From a virus (lineage: Duplodnaviria; Caudoviricetes), in the IMG/VR virus record IMGVR_UViG_3300046169_000074, positions 1 through 54,237 of that record: a stretch of 54,237 nucleotides of DNA; one strand, given 5' to 3'. The position numbers and the translations under genes were made by a program. The notes beneath the pieces were generated by a model. It searched no databases. It was not told the DNA's origin and saw nothing but the letters and a program-made list of their open reading frames with translations. Shown piece after piece: positions 27,120-37,221 of this stretch. Numbering within the stretch: the stretch's first letter is position 1; the number at the start of each line of letters is the position of its first letter.

Positions 27120-27191
27120 ATGCCTTATAAGAAAAAAGGATCGACTAAAAAGAAGTCAAAAGGAAAATGCTGCAGTAAGTGCGGTAAGTAA
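27120..27191 (+). CDS. 23-aa Lys-rich peptide
   Basis: MPYKKKGSTKKKSKGKCCSKCGK. Confidence 0.45.
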   Translation: MPYKKKGSTKKKSKGKCCSKCGK

Positions 27192-27218
27192 CAATCAATT
27201 AACCAAAACCAAATTAAA

Positions 27219-27512
27219 ATGACCTATTATTACTACAAAACCAGTACCATTAATACTGGACAACCGAAAATTACGGACGAGAAAATAGCTGAGTGGAAGC
27301 ATTTAGCTGATAAAAGCAACTGGAGAATAACTCAGCTACCAAATGGGTACTACCAAACAGAAGTTAACTCACCAACTGACGAAAAAGTCTGGGTTGACAT
27401 TACAAGGAGAGAAACACTCGATGGGGCTGAGGCTGCTATCGATGGCAGTATCGAACATTATGGTAAAAAACTGGAATTCGTTGCTGGACCAAAAGTAGTT
27501 AAGACGTTTTAA
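27219..27512 (+). CDS. Hypothetical protein
   Basis: 97 aa, WRITQLPNGYYQTE. Confidence 0.7.
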   Translation: MTYYYYKTSTINTGQPKITDEKIAEWKHLADKSNWRITQLPNGYYQTEVNSPTDEKVWVDITRRETLDGAEAAIDGSIEHYGKKLEFVAGPKVVKTF

Positions 27513-27553
27513 CAAGCGCATCAATATAATTTAATTTAATAAAATACCACATT

Positions 27554-29119
27554 ATGGAATACAACTTACCAAGCGAATTGGTTAAGAACTTAGACTTCGG
27601 TGATAAGGCTAAAAATAAAGTAGTCACAGGAGTTCAAAAACTTGCGAAAGCCGTAAAGTCCACGTTAGGAGCATCAGGGAAATGTGTCGTTTATGAAGAT
27701 GGACGCGGTAAACCGGTGATCACAAAAGACGGTGTAACCGTTGCGGAAAGCGTAGTCTTATACGATCCGGTTGAAAACATGGGTGCTACACTAATTAAGG
27801 AAGCGGCTCGCAATACAGTGAAAGAGGCTGGTGACGGTACAACTACCGCTACAGTACTAGCTGAAGCACTTATACAATCTATTGACTCTGCCGTCGCTGC
27901 AGGGTTATCTATCAGACAAATTAAAGATGAAGTTAACACATGTTTAGAAGAAGTTCTAAATACTCTAACTGACTCAGCTGTTGAAGTTGAAGGTGACATG
28001 CTCCAATCTGTTGCTGCTATTTCTTGTAACAACGATAAAAAGCTAGGTGGTATAATCGCTGAAGCTTACGAGACTGTTGGTAAGAACGGTGTAGTACTAA
28101 TGGAGGAGAGTGAATCTGAAGACACTTATGTAGAAGTAGTTGATGGTGCTCAGTTTGATTCTGGTATTACATCACCGCATTTTATAACTAATACTGATAA
28201 ACACACAGCGGAGTTAGACAACCCTTATGTACTAACTGTTATGTCTGAAATACCTAATATTAGAAAGATTCAAGGTGTTTTAGAGTACGTTATTAAAGCC
28301 AACCGAGCTTTACTTATTGTAGCACCCGTTGCTCAGCAGGTAAAATCGGCGCTTCTTATGAATAAGGTGAAAGGTAATATAAAAGTTAACATCGTTGACC
28401 CACCTGGATTTGGACCTACACGTAAAGATGCTTTAGAGGATATTGCTATACTAACTGGTTCTACTATCATCAATGAGGAGCTTGGCGATGATTTAGATTT
28501 AATAACACCAGATAGCTTAGGTGAAGCTGAATTTTCGGTTACCAACGATAAAAACACTGTTATAACTCTAGAAGGAATGACTCAAGAGCTTGAGGATCGT
28601 ATAGATGAACTAAACTATAAGATAACTGAAGAGCAAAATGGGTTTATCAAAGGTAAGCTTGAGCAAAGGCTAGCCACTCTTTCTGGTAGCGTTGGTATAG
28701 TTAAAGTTGGCGCTAACTCCAAAGTTGAGTTAAAAGAAAAGAAAGATAGAGTTGAAGATGCTATATACGCAACTAAAGCTGCTTTACAAGAAGGTATTGT
28801 ACCAGGTGGTGGAGTAGCACTATTAAACGTTTCTCAAAAAATTTTTTCCACCCAAGGTGGACAAGTTCTTTTATCAGCTCTAAGAGCTCCTTTTGAAACC
28901 ATATTGGATAACGCAGGGTTTGAACTTAAAGCTGATCCACAGGGAGCTGGAGTAGGTTTAGATGTAGTAACAGGGGAACAGGTTGATATGATTAACGCTG
29001 GAATTATAGATCCTGTACTAGTTACTAAGACGGCATTGAAAAACGCCACTAGCGTAGCGCTAACCGTAATGTCCGCTGATTGTGTAATTTCAAACGTCAG
29101 AGCAAATGAAAGCAATTAA
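27554..29119 (+). CDS. groEL: Chaperonin GroEL
   Basis: ITKDGVTVA, AGDGTTTATVLA, PGFG, KKDRVEDA, GIVPGGG, GIIDP. Confidence 0.97.
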   Translation: MEYNLPSELVKNLDFGDKAKNKVVTGVQKLAKAVKSTLGASGKCVVYEDGRGKPVITKDGVTVAESVVLYDPVENMGATLIKEAARNTVKEAGDGTTTATVLAEALIQSIDSAVAAGLSIRQIKDEVNTCLEEVLNTLTDSAVEVEGDMLQSVAAISCNNDKKLGGIIAEAYETVGKNGVVLMEESESEDTYVEVVDGAQFDSGITSPHFITNTDKHTAELDNPYVLTVMSEIPNIRKIQGVLEYVIKANRALLIVAPVAQQVKSALLMNKVKGNIKVNIVDPPGFGPTRKDALEDIAILTGSTIINEELGDDLDLITPDSLGEAEFSVTNDKNTVITLEGMTQELEDRIDELNYKITEEQNGFIKGKLEQRLATLSGSVGIVKVGANSKVELKEKKDRVEDAIYATKAALQEGIVPGGGVALLNVSQKIFSTQGGQVLLSALRAPFETILDNAGFELKADPQGAGVGLDVVTGEQVDMINAGIIDPVLVTKTALKNATSVALTVMSADCVISNVRANESN

Positions 29120-29363
29120 CGATTACGTAGTAGTTGATCAGATTAAAGAAGGTCCTAAGAAAGTCGGTGGGTTACTGCTCACTGACACTACAGACTCTGA
29201 CAACAGATACAAGAAAGCTAAAGTAGTTTCAGTAGGGAACTTAGCGGACATAATTAAGGAAGGTAGTATGGTAATGTACGATAAGCACGCCGGCCACGAT
29301 ATTACATATGAAGATTCTCTATATAGAGTTATAAAACTTAGAGATATAGTATTAGTAGAGTGA
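29106..29363 (+). CDS. groES: Co-chaperonin GroES
   Basis: NDYVVV, GGLLL mobile loop, VVSVG, RDI. Confidence 0.85.
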   Translation: MKAINDYVVVDQIKEGPKKVGGLLLTDTTDSDNRYKKAKVVSVGNLADIIKEGSMVMYDKHAGHDITYEDSLYRVIKLRDIVLVE

Positions 29364-29794
29364 GAGTAGAGGATATTAAAGATGCTCAACTGTTTAAATA
29401 TTATAGGTTAGTTAGAAAGTGGGCTTGTAAGCAGAACGGTATAACCGACGCTGAGCTAGAGTTACTTATATATCTCAACTGCTTAGAGAGGTTTACTAGA
29501 GATGAGTTCATAAACGGAACTTACATATACTCATGGGATAAAACGAGGTGGGATAGATTACGTAAAGAAGGTTGGATAGATGTGTGGAGACATAGAAATA
29601 GAACCACAATAAAGTATTCTATATTTAAAACATCGTTTAAATGCAACCTATTAATAAACAAGATATATAAAATACTGCTGGGTGAGGAGGATATACCTAT
29701 GAAATCTAGTAACGTGTTTTACAAAAATAAAAGTTATACAGATAAGGTCATGAATAAATCTATTGATGACATGATTAAAGATTCAGAAAGATAA
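29360..29794 (+). CDS. Hypothetical protein, possibly winged-helix
   Basis: GITDAELELLIYL...LRKEGWI. Confidence 0.55.
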   Translation: MRVEDIKDAQLFKYYRLVRKWACKQNGITDAELELLIYLNCLERFTRDEFINGTYIYSWDKTRWDRLRKEGWIDVWRHRNRTTIKYSIFKTSFKCNLLINKIYKILLGEEDIPMKSSNVFYKNKSYTDKVMNKSIDDMIKDSER

Positions 29795-29797
29795 GAT

Positions 29798-30208
29798 ATG
29801 ATTGGAAATTTATTAGGAGGTTTATTTGGAAAAATAGTAGACAATGCAGATGAAATCCTCGACAAGGTTATTACTACAGATAAAGAACGTGATGAAGCTA
29901 AGCTCAAGCTTAAGCAAATTCTACTCGAAGCTGAGCGTGAAGCGTTTAACAAAGAAGTCGAGGACAGAAAGGATGCTAGAGATTTGTATAAGGACGACGC
30001 TATTATTCAGAAGGTATTAGCTACATTATTTACAGTAGCTTACTTCGGTTTGACATACACTATGTTTAAGTATTTCGTTTTAAACACTTTAGAGCTTAGT
30101 GATTACGAGATTGGTTTTATTAGTACTGTATTCGGTGCTATGAGTGCTAAAGTAAATACTATCGTAGACTTCTTCTTCGGTGGTTCATCAAAGAAAAATA
30201 AAGATTAA
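29798..30208 (+). CDS. Holin-like membrane protein (3TM type)
   Basis: DKVITTDKER, DRKDAR, two TM segments, DFFFGGS. Confidence 0.7.
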   Translation: MIGNLLGGLFGKIVDNADEILDKVITTDKERDEAKLKLKQILLEAEREAFNKEVEDRKDARDLYKDDAIIQKVLATLFTVAYFGLTYTMFKYFVLNTLELSDYEIGFISTVFGAMSAKVNTIVDFFFGGSSKKNKD

Positions 30209-30218
30209 ATTAAAAACA

Positions 30219-30491
30219 ATGGCTAAAAAAGAAAAAATGGTTGATTTAAAACCACAGGTAGAAAAAATTACAGAAGAAGAGTTGAACGAGCTTAGAGGTG
30301 TTGTGAATAATATAAACACACTGCAGTTTGAGATAGGTAAAATAGAAGCTCAAAAACACCAATATCTACACAACCTCGCGAACGCTGGTGATGCGGTAAC
30401 AGCTCTTCAAAGTAAAATGGAAGAGAAGTACGGTACTTTTGATATTGACCTATCTGATGGTTCTCTAAAGAAGAAAGAGGATGACAAATAG
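30219..30491 (+). CDS. Coiled-coil hypothetical protein
   Basis: Heptad helices ending EEKYGTFDIDLSDG. Confidence 0.65.
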   Translation: MAKKEKMVDLKPQVEKITEEELNELRGVVNNINTLQFEIGKIEAQKHQYLHNLANAGDAVTALQSKMEEKYGTFDIDLSDGSLKKKEDDK

Positions 30492-30705
30492 TGTTATAAG
30501 AAAAATAACTATTGGTAAGGATTATAAAAACGATTCTATGCACTACGCTATAGGTCAAGGTGTTTATGGTGGTCATACGATATGTCATATATTAGAAGAC
30601 GAGTATAAGTACTCGATATACATATCTAAAGGTGATATAGTTATACCTTGGAAAGACTTTAATAAAAACATGGCTGTGTCTGTAGAATATGACTTAGAGT
30701 ACTAA
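30481..30705 (+). CDS. Hypothetical protein
   Basis: IRKITIGKDYKNDSMHY. Confidence 0.65.
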   Translation: MTNSVIRKITIGKDYKNDSMHYAIGQGVYGGHTICHILEDEYKYSIYISKGDIVIPWKDFNKNMAVSVEYDLEY

Positions 30706-31286
30706 TGAAACCTATTGTAGACTTTATAATAAAACCTTTAGGCGAGAGGTATAGTAATTCAAAAAAGGTTGGTGATAAAGAACTTATACTAAATACGGAG
30801 GTATTTAACCATCAATTTGTAAATAGGATAGCTGTAATAGAATCCTCACCATTACACAATCCATTAGGCTTAATGGAAGGTGATAAAATCATAGTTCATC
30901 ACAATGTTTTTAGGAGATGGCATAACGTTAAAGGTTTAGAGAAAAATAGTAGAAGCTTTCTAAGCGAAGACCAATACGTAGTACAACAAGATCAAATATA
31001 TATGTATAACAGGGATGGTGAATGGTCTTGCCTCCCTGGATATACTTTCGTGAAGCCTTTAGTGTCTAAGGATGAATTATCTGTAGACAAAGAAGTTCCG
31101 CTCATGGGTGTAGTTAAGTACTCAGATGGTTCTTTTCTGCCTACACAACTTGTAGGATTTTCACCTGGTGATGAATTTGAGTTTGTTGTAGATGGCGAGA
31201 GGCTCTATAGAGTTATAAACAAGTATATTAATATTGAATATGAATATAAAGGAGACGAAGAAGAGTATAATCCAAGCTGGGCATAA
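30705..31286 (+). CDS. Tandem GroES-like protein
   Basis: FIIKP..EGDKIIV..QDQI and FVKP..GVVKY..VDGERLYRV. Confidence 0.55.
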   Translation: MKPIVDFIIKPLGERYSNSKKVGDKELILNTEVFNHQFVNRIAVIESSPLHNPLGLMEGDKIIVHHNVFRRWHNVKGLEKNSRSFLSEDQYVVQQDQIYMYNRDGEWSCLPGYTFVKPLVSKDELSVDKEVPLMGVVKYSDGSFLPTQLVGFSPGDEFEFVVDGERLYRVINKYINIEYEYKGDEEEYNPSWA

Positions 31287-31512
31287 AGCTGTTGAGGAGC
31301 TTATCAAAGTTGCTAAAGAAGCTATTGTAGATTCTGACGATGATATATCTGCTGATAGATTGAAGAATGCCGCTGCTACTAAAAAGTTAGCTATATTCGA
31401 TGCTTTTGAAATACTCAATAGAATACAAGAGGAGGAAGATTTATTAACAGGTAAAGAGTCTTCAGAGGCTAAATCAAGCTTCAAAGGTTTTGCGGAAGGG
31501 AGGTCTAAGTAA
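31240..31512 (+). CDS. Putative terminase small subunit
   Basis: Helical ORF overlapping the terL start. Confidence 0.5.
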   Translation: MNIKETKKSIIQAGHKAVEELIKVAKEAIVDSDDDISADRLKNAAATKKLAIFDAFEILNRIQEEEDLLTGKESSEAKSSFKGFAEGRSK

Positions 31513-33737
31513 TGTATAAGCAAAGCTTAGTAAAAACTGTAGAGCCTTTAAAGATTAATACGCTAAATAGACTAAATAAGTCTAAGTCTTGGCAGTATGG
31601 TTATAACAAGGAAAACGATATTGTAGTAATATCTAAAACTGGACAGATTGGAGAGGTGTTAGAGATCCAGGGCTTAAAGATAGCTCTACCTCTAGCGCCT
31701 AAAAATATTTATAGTGCTGGTAAAGTTAAAGATCAAAAGTGGAAAAGGTTCGATGAAAATCCAGCTTTTAAAAAAATACAAACTGTATTTGATTGGCAGG
31801 AGTATCCTGATGAGTTTAAAGAAACTCACTATCCATACATAGATCAAGAGTTTAAACGTAGGGAGGAAGGTTTTTGGTTTATGAATAAAGGCAAGCCAAC
31901 ATACTTAACGGGTTCTTACTATATGTATCTACAATGGAGTAAAATAGACGTTGGTGCTCCAGACTTCCGTGAAGCTAATAGATTGTTTTTTATATTTTGG
32001 GAAGCTTGTAAAGCTGATAAGAGATGCTACGGGATGTGTTACTTAAAAAACCGTAGATCAGGTTTCTCTTTCATGAGTTCGGCTGAAACCGTTAACTTAG
32101 CTACTTTAGCAAGTGATAGTAGATTTGGGATACTATCTAAATCTGGTGCGGATGCTAAGAAGATGTTTACGGATAAAGTGGTGCCCATAAGTTTTAATTA
32201 CCCTTTCTTTTTCAAGCCAATACAAGATGGTATGGATAGACCTAAGTCAGAGCTAGCTTATAGAGTTCCTGCTAAAAAGTTTACCAGAAAAAAGATGAAG
32301 CAGAAAGAAGAGATGGACGACTTAGAAGGTCTTGACACCACTATTGACTGGAAGAACACGGGTGACAACAGTTATGATGGTGAGAAATTAGCGCTTCTAG
32401 TTCACGATGAAAGTGGTAAGTGGGAGAAACCTGACAATATTAGGAATAACTGGAGAGTTACTAAAACTTGTTTACGTTTAGGTAGTAGGATTATTGGTAA
32501 GTGTATGATGGGTTCAACATCTAATGCTTTAGATAAGGGTGGTCAGAACTTTAAAGATTTGTACAAAAACTCTGATGTAAACAACAGGAATAAGAACGGT
32601 CAAACTAAATCTGGCTTATATTCACTGTTTGTACCAATGGAATGGAACTACGAGGGGTTTATTGACGAGTATGGTCACTCAGTTTTCAATACGCCAACCG
32701 AAGACATATTTGACCCACACGGGGATGTTATAGAGTATGGAGTAGTAGATAACTGGGAGAATGAAGCAGAAGGTCTTAGAGATGATCAGGATGCACTCAA
32801 TGAATTTTATAGGCAATTTCCCCGTACAGAAGAGCATGCGTTCAGAGATGAAACGAAACAGAGCTTGTTTAACTTGATAAAGATATACGAGCAGATAGAT
32901 TATAATGAAGGTAATAGGAACTCTTCAGTAACTAACAAGGGTAATTTTCAGTGGGAGAATGGAATCAAAGACACTAGAGTTGTATTTAACCCAGACCCCA
33001 ATGGTAGGTTCGAGGTAAGTTGGGTTCCAAGCATAGACCTTCAAAATAGAGTTGTAATAAAGAATGGTATAAAATACCCAGGTAACGATCATATGGGTGC
33101 GTTCGGCTGTGACTCTTACGATATATCTGGAACTGTTGACGGTAAAGGATCTAAAGGAGCTTTACATGGTTTAACTAAGTTTTCCATGGAAGACGCTCCA
33201 GCTAATACCTTTTTTCTAGAGTACCTAGCTAGACCTCAAACAGCTGAGATATTCTTTGAAGACGTATTGATGGCTTTAGTATTCTACGGTATGCCGATAT
33301 TAGCTGAGAACAATAAACCTAGATTACTGTATTATTTACGTAGAAGAGGTTATAGAGGTTTCAGTATGAATAGGCCAGATAAGATTTGGAATAAGTTGTC
33401 CGTAGCTGAAAGAGAGGTTGGTGGTATACCAAACTCTAGTGAGGATATAAAGCAAGCTCACGCGGCTGCTATCGAAATGTATATAAACGACCACGTCGGT
33501 ATGACTGGAGAGGGTACTTATGGAAACATGTACTTTAACACAACACTAAACGACTGGGCTAAATTTAATATAAACAACAGAACTAAGTTCGATGCTTCTA
33601 TTAGCTCTGGCTTAGCAGTAATGGCTTGTAATAGGCATATGTACGCGCCTAACCCTCAAGTGAAGAGGCAGCCTTTAAATATTATGGTATCTAAGTACGA
33701 TAACGAAGGAATTAATTCAAGAATAATTAAGAGATAA
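31512..33737 (+). CDS. terL: Terminase large subunit
   Basis: KNRRSGFS, LLVHDESGK, MGST, nuclease GCDSYD, AENN, FDASI. Confidence 0.9.
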   Translation: MYKQSLVKTVEPLKINTLNRLNKSKSWQYGYNKENDIVVISKTGQIGEVLEIQGLKIALPLAPKNIYSAGKVKDQKWKRFDENPAFKKIQTVFDWQEYPDEFKETHYPYIDQEFKRREEGFWFMNKGKPTYLTGSYYMYLQWSKIDVGAPDFREANRLFFIFWEACKADKRCYGMCYLKNRRSGFSFMSSAETVNLATLASDSRFGILSKSGADAKKMFTDKVVPISFNYPFFFKPIQDGMDRPKSELAYRVPAKKFTRKKMKQKEEMDDLEGLDTTIDWKNTGDNSYDGEKLALLVHDESGKWEKPDNIRNNWRVTKTCLRLGSRIIGKCMMGSTSNALDKGGQNFKDLYKNSDVNNRNKNGQTKSGLYSLFVPMEWNYEGFIDEYGHSVFNTPTEDIFDPHGDVIEYGVVDNWENEAEGLRDDQDALNEFYRQFPRTEEHAFRDETKQSLFNLIKIYEQIDYNEGNRNSSVTNKGNFQWENGIKDTRVVFNPDPNGRFEVSWVPSIDLQNRVVIKNGIKYPGNDHMGAFGCDSYDISGTVDGKGSKGALHGLTKFSMEDAPANTFFLEYLARPQTAEIFFEDVLMALVFYGMPILAENNKPRLLYYLRRRGYRGFSMNRPDKIWNKLSVAEREVGGIPNSSEDIKQAHAAAIEMYINDHVGMTGEGTYGNMYFNTTLNDWAKFNINNRTKFDASISSGLAVMACNRHMYAPNPQVKRQPLNIMVSKYDNEGINSRIIKR

Positions 33738-33739
33738 AT

Positions 33740-36025
33740 ATGGCAGAGTCTGTTGTAAACTTCCCCTCTCAAGCGGTAAGTGATTTAGAAAAAATGTCAC
33801 CTGATTATGGTGAAAGGGTAGCTAAAGCTATCAAGCAGGAGTGGTTCACTGATACCTACTCTAAATTTAGTAACAACTTAAATAACTTTCACAGATTAAG
33901 ACTTTACGCTAGAGGTGAACAACCGGTTGATAAGTACAAGAACGAACTATCTATAAATGGTGATTTATCTTACTTAAACTTAGATTGGAAACCAGTTCCA
34001 ATAGTACCTAAGTTTGTAGACATAGTAGTTAATGGCATGTCTCAAAGAAATTACGAGGTGAATGCATTCTCTCAAGACCCATACGGCGTTAGTAAGAGAA
34101 CAGATTACATGGAGTCTATATTAAGAGATTTAAAGTCTAAAGATTACAATGATATAGCTGAGCAGTCGTTTGGAGTTAATCTCTATGAAAATGATAAAGA
34201 ATCACTTCCTGAGTCTGAAGAGGAATTAGCTTTGCATATGCAATTGAGTTACAAGCAAGCTGTTGAGTTAGCTGAAGAGCAAGCTATAAACGTGTTGTTT
34301 GAGAATTGCAATTACAACTTAGTAAAGAGGAGAGTTTTACAAGACTTAGTAGAGATAGGTATCGGTGCTACTAAAACTACATTTGACTTTGCGGATGGAG
34401 CAGCTGTTAAATATGTTGATCCGTCAAACTTAGTTTATTCTTATACTGAATCTCCTTACTTTGACGATGTGTATTACGTAGGTGAAATAAAAGAAATACC
34501 TATAAACGAGTTGGTTAAAGAGTTCCCTAATCTATCTGAATCTGAAATAGAGGAGATAACTAAAAACTCTTTCGACTACACCAGCGTAACTAATAATCAA
34601 GATAAGAATAAAATAAATGTACTTTACTTCAACTACAAAACGCACAACAATGACGTTTACAAGTTAAAGAAGACTGGTAGTGGTGCTGATAAAGTTATAA
34701 AGAAGGATGATTCATTCAATCCACCAAAGGATATGGATGGTGAGTTTAGTAGATTAGATAGAGTACAAGAGTGTTTATACGAGGGTGTTTATGTTTTGGG
34801 AGCTGAGAAATTGCTTAAGTGGCAGATGGCACCAAACATGATGCGTAAAGATTCAGATTTTGGTAAAGTCAAAATGAATTATAGCATAGTAGCTCCTAGG
34901 ATGTACGAAGGTAGAATACAATCTCTTGTTGGTAGAATAACTGGCTTCGCTGATATGATTCAGTTAACGCATTTAAAACTACAGCAAGTTATGAATCGTA
35001 TGGTACCTGATGGTGTCTACTTAGACGCAGATGGTTTAGCGGAAGTTGATTTAGGTAACGGTACAAACTACAATCCACAAGAAGCTTTAAATATGTTCTT
35101 CCAAACAGGTAGTGTTATTGGTAGATCATTTACTTCTGAAGGTGATATGAATCCTGGTAAAGTACCTATTCAGCAGATTCAAAACGGTGGAGGTGGTAAC
35201 AAGATACAAAGTTTAATTACTACTTACAATTACTACCTTCAAATGATAAGAGACGTAACAGGTCTTAATGAAGCTAGGGATGGTAGTACTCCAGATAAAA
35301 ATGCTTTAGTTGGTATACAAAAAATGGCTGCCGCAAACTCAAACACAGCTACGAGGCATATACTACAATCTATGCTTTACTTAACAGCTGAAAACGCTGA
35401 AGCTATGTCCCTTAGAATATCAGATATTATAGAATATTCCCCAACTAAAAAAGCGTTTATTAGAGCCATAGGGGCTCACAATGTAGCTACGCTTAAAGAG
35501 TTGAAAAAATTACACTTGTGTGATTTTGGTATTTTTATAGAGCTCATGCCTGATGACGAAGAAAAGCAAATGCTGGAGAATAATATTCAAGTAGCTTTAT
35601 CGCAAGGTTTGATAGAATTAGATGACGCTATAGATCTTAGAGACGTTAGAAGTATTAAGCTAGCTAATCAACTACTTAAGATTAAACGAAAGAAGAAGCA
35701 GGATAGAGATCAGCAACTTCAACAGCAAAACATACAAGCTCAGTCACAAGCTAACGCTCAAGCTCAGCAACAGTCAGCTCAAACAGAGATACAAAAAGAT
35801 CAAGCTAAAGCTCAAACAGAGGCTCAATTGGAGCAACAGAAAAACGATTTAAAAATTGAGTACCTTCAAAAAGAGGCTGAGGTCAAAAAGCAGTTGATGC
35901 AATTCGAGTTTGAATTAAACTCTAAACTTCAAGATAAAGAAAAACAAGGTGAATCAGTTAAAAAGTTCGAATCATCAGGTAATGATATAGTTACGGGTGA
36001 CATTGGTCTTGACAAATATAAATAA
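33740..36025 (+). CDS. Portal protein
   Basis: Follows terL; PIVPKFVD, TGLNEARDG, Gln-rich C-terminal coil. Confidence 0.85.
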   Translation: MAESVVNFPSQAVSDLEKMSPDYGERVAKAIKQEWFTDTYSKFSNNLNNFHRLRLYARGEQPVDKYKNELSINGDLSYLNLDWKPVPIVPKFVDIVVNGMSQRNYEVNAFSQDPYGVSKRTDYMESILRDLKSKDYNDIAEQSFGVNLYENDKESLPESEEELALHMQLSYKQAVELAEEQAINVLFENCNYNLVKRRVLQDLVEIGIGATKTTFDFADGAAVKYVDPSNLVYSYTESPYFDDVYYVGEIKEIPINELVKEFPNLSESEIEEITKNSFDYTSVTNNQDKNKINVLYFNYKTHNNDVYKLKKTGSGADKVIKKDDSFNPPKDMDGEFSRLDRVQECLYEGVYVLGAEKLLKWQMAPNMMRKDSDFGKVKMNYSIVAPRMYEGRIQSLVGRITGFADMIQLTHLKLQQVMNRMVPDGVYLDADGLAEVDLGNGTNYNPQEALNMFFQTGSVIGRSFTSEGDMNPGKVPIQQIQNGGGGNKIQSLITTYNYYLQMIRDVTGLNEARDGSTPDKNALVGIQKMAAANSNTATRHILQSMLYLTAENAEAMSLRISDIIEYSPTKKAFIRAIGAHNVATLKELKKLHLCDFGIFIELMPDDEEKQMLENNIQVALSQGLIELDDAIDLRDVRSIKLANQLLKIKRKKKQDRDQQLQQQNIQAQSQANAQAQQQSAQTEIQKDQAKAQTEAQLEQQKNDLKIEYLQKEAEVKKQLMQFEFELNSKLQDKEKQGESVKKFESSGNDIVTGDIGLDKYK

Positions 36026-36061
36026 CAATTTTATCCTTTAATTATTTTATAAAATTATATT

Positions 36062-37204
36062 ATGGCAAATAACGAAGAACCTATTAAGGTTGATTTAAAA
36101 ACCACTGAATCATCTACTAGTGATGACATCATCAAGGTAGATTTAAACAAACCAGTGGAAGAGGAAGTAAGCGAACAAGTTGAGCAAGAGGTGGAGTCTA
36201 ACGGTGAAACTGTTGAAGCTACTGAAGAAGAAGCACAGCAGGACGAATCACCAGTCTTAGAGTTAATTGAAGATAATGATACTACAGTTGAAGACTTAGA
36301 TGAAGCGGTTTCACAGGTTGATGAAGTGAAGGAAGATGAAGCTAAGGTGGATTTAGCGGCTGAGACTAGCGGGGTAGTAGTACCTGAAGACATTCAGAAG
36401 CTAATGGATTTCATGAACGATACTGGTGGTGATCTTCAGGACTATGTAAGACTAAATACAGATGTTTCAAAACTAGATACAACTGATGTCCTGGACGAGT
36501 ACTACAAACAAACAAAACCACACTTATCTTCTGAGGAAAGAAGCTTTTTACTAGAGGAGACATTTAGCTTTGACGAAGAGGTTGACTCAGATAGAGATAT
36601 TAAGAAAAAGAAAATAGCTTTAAAAGAAGAAGCTGCTAAAGCTAGAAAGTATTTAGAATCTCAAAAAGATAAGTACTACAATGATATTAAAGCTAGTACT
36701 AATTTAACTATAGATCAAAAGGAAGCTATAGATTTTTACAATAAGTACAAGCAAGATTCAGAAAAAACTGCCTTAAATAAAGAGGCTAATAATAAAGATT
36801 TTATACATAAAACTGATAACTTATTTAACTCAGAGTTCAAAGGTTTTGAATTTAAAGTTGGGGAAAGTAAGTTTAGGTACAACGTTAAAAATCCTAACGA
36901 AGTCAAAGCAACTCAAAGTGATTTGAACAACTTTATCAACAAGTTTGTTGATAGTGATAGTAAACTTCAAGACGCGGCGGGTTATCACAAATCTTTGTAC
37001 GCAGCTATGAATCCAGATGCTTTAGCTCAGCATTTTTACGAGCAAGGTAAAGCTGATGCGATTAAACAAACTGTAGCACGGAGTAAGAACATCAACACGG
37101 AAGCAAGACAAACTCACGGCGAGACGCAAGTGGGTGGGCTTAAGTTTAAAGTTCTAGGTGATTCTACTAACGACTTCAAAGTTAAAATTAGAAATAAACG
37201 TTAA
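36062..37204 (+). CDS. Putative capsid scaffolding protein
   Basis: Very acidic N-terminus; lies between portal and capsid. Confidence 0.65.
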   Translation: MANNEEPIKVDLKTTESSTSDDIIKVDLNKPVEEEVSEQVEQEVESNGETVEATEEEAQQDESPVLELIEDNDTTVEDLDEAVSQVDEVKEDEAKVDLAAETSGVVVPEDIQKLMDFMNDTGGDLQDYVRLNTDVSKLDTTDVLDEYYKQTKPHLSSEERSFLLEETFSFDEEVDSDRDIKKKKIALKEEAAKARKYLESQKDKYYNDIKASTNLTIDQKEAIDFYNKYKQDSEKTALNKEANNKDFIHKTDNLFNSEFKGFEFKVGESKFRYNVKNPNEVKATQSDLNNFINKFVDSDSKLQDAAGYHKSLYAAMNPDALAQHFYEQGKADAIKQTVARSKNINTEARQTHGETQVGGLKFKVLGDSTNDFKVKIRNKR

Positions 37205-37221
37205 TTTAAAAATTTCAAAAA

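Noticed and set aside
27691-29389. Antisense ORFs inside groEL/groES and other long genes
   Set aside because: Shadow ORFs of strongly supported genes, with no independent signals
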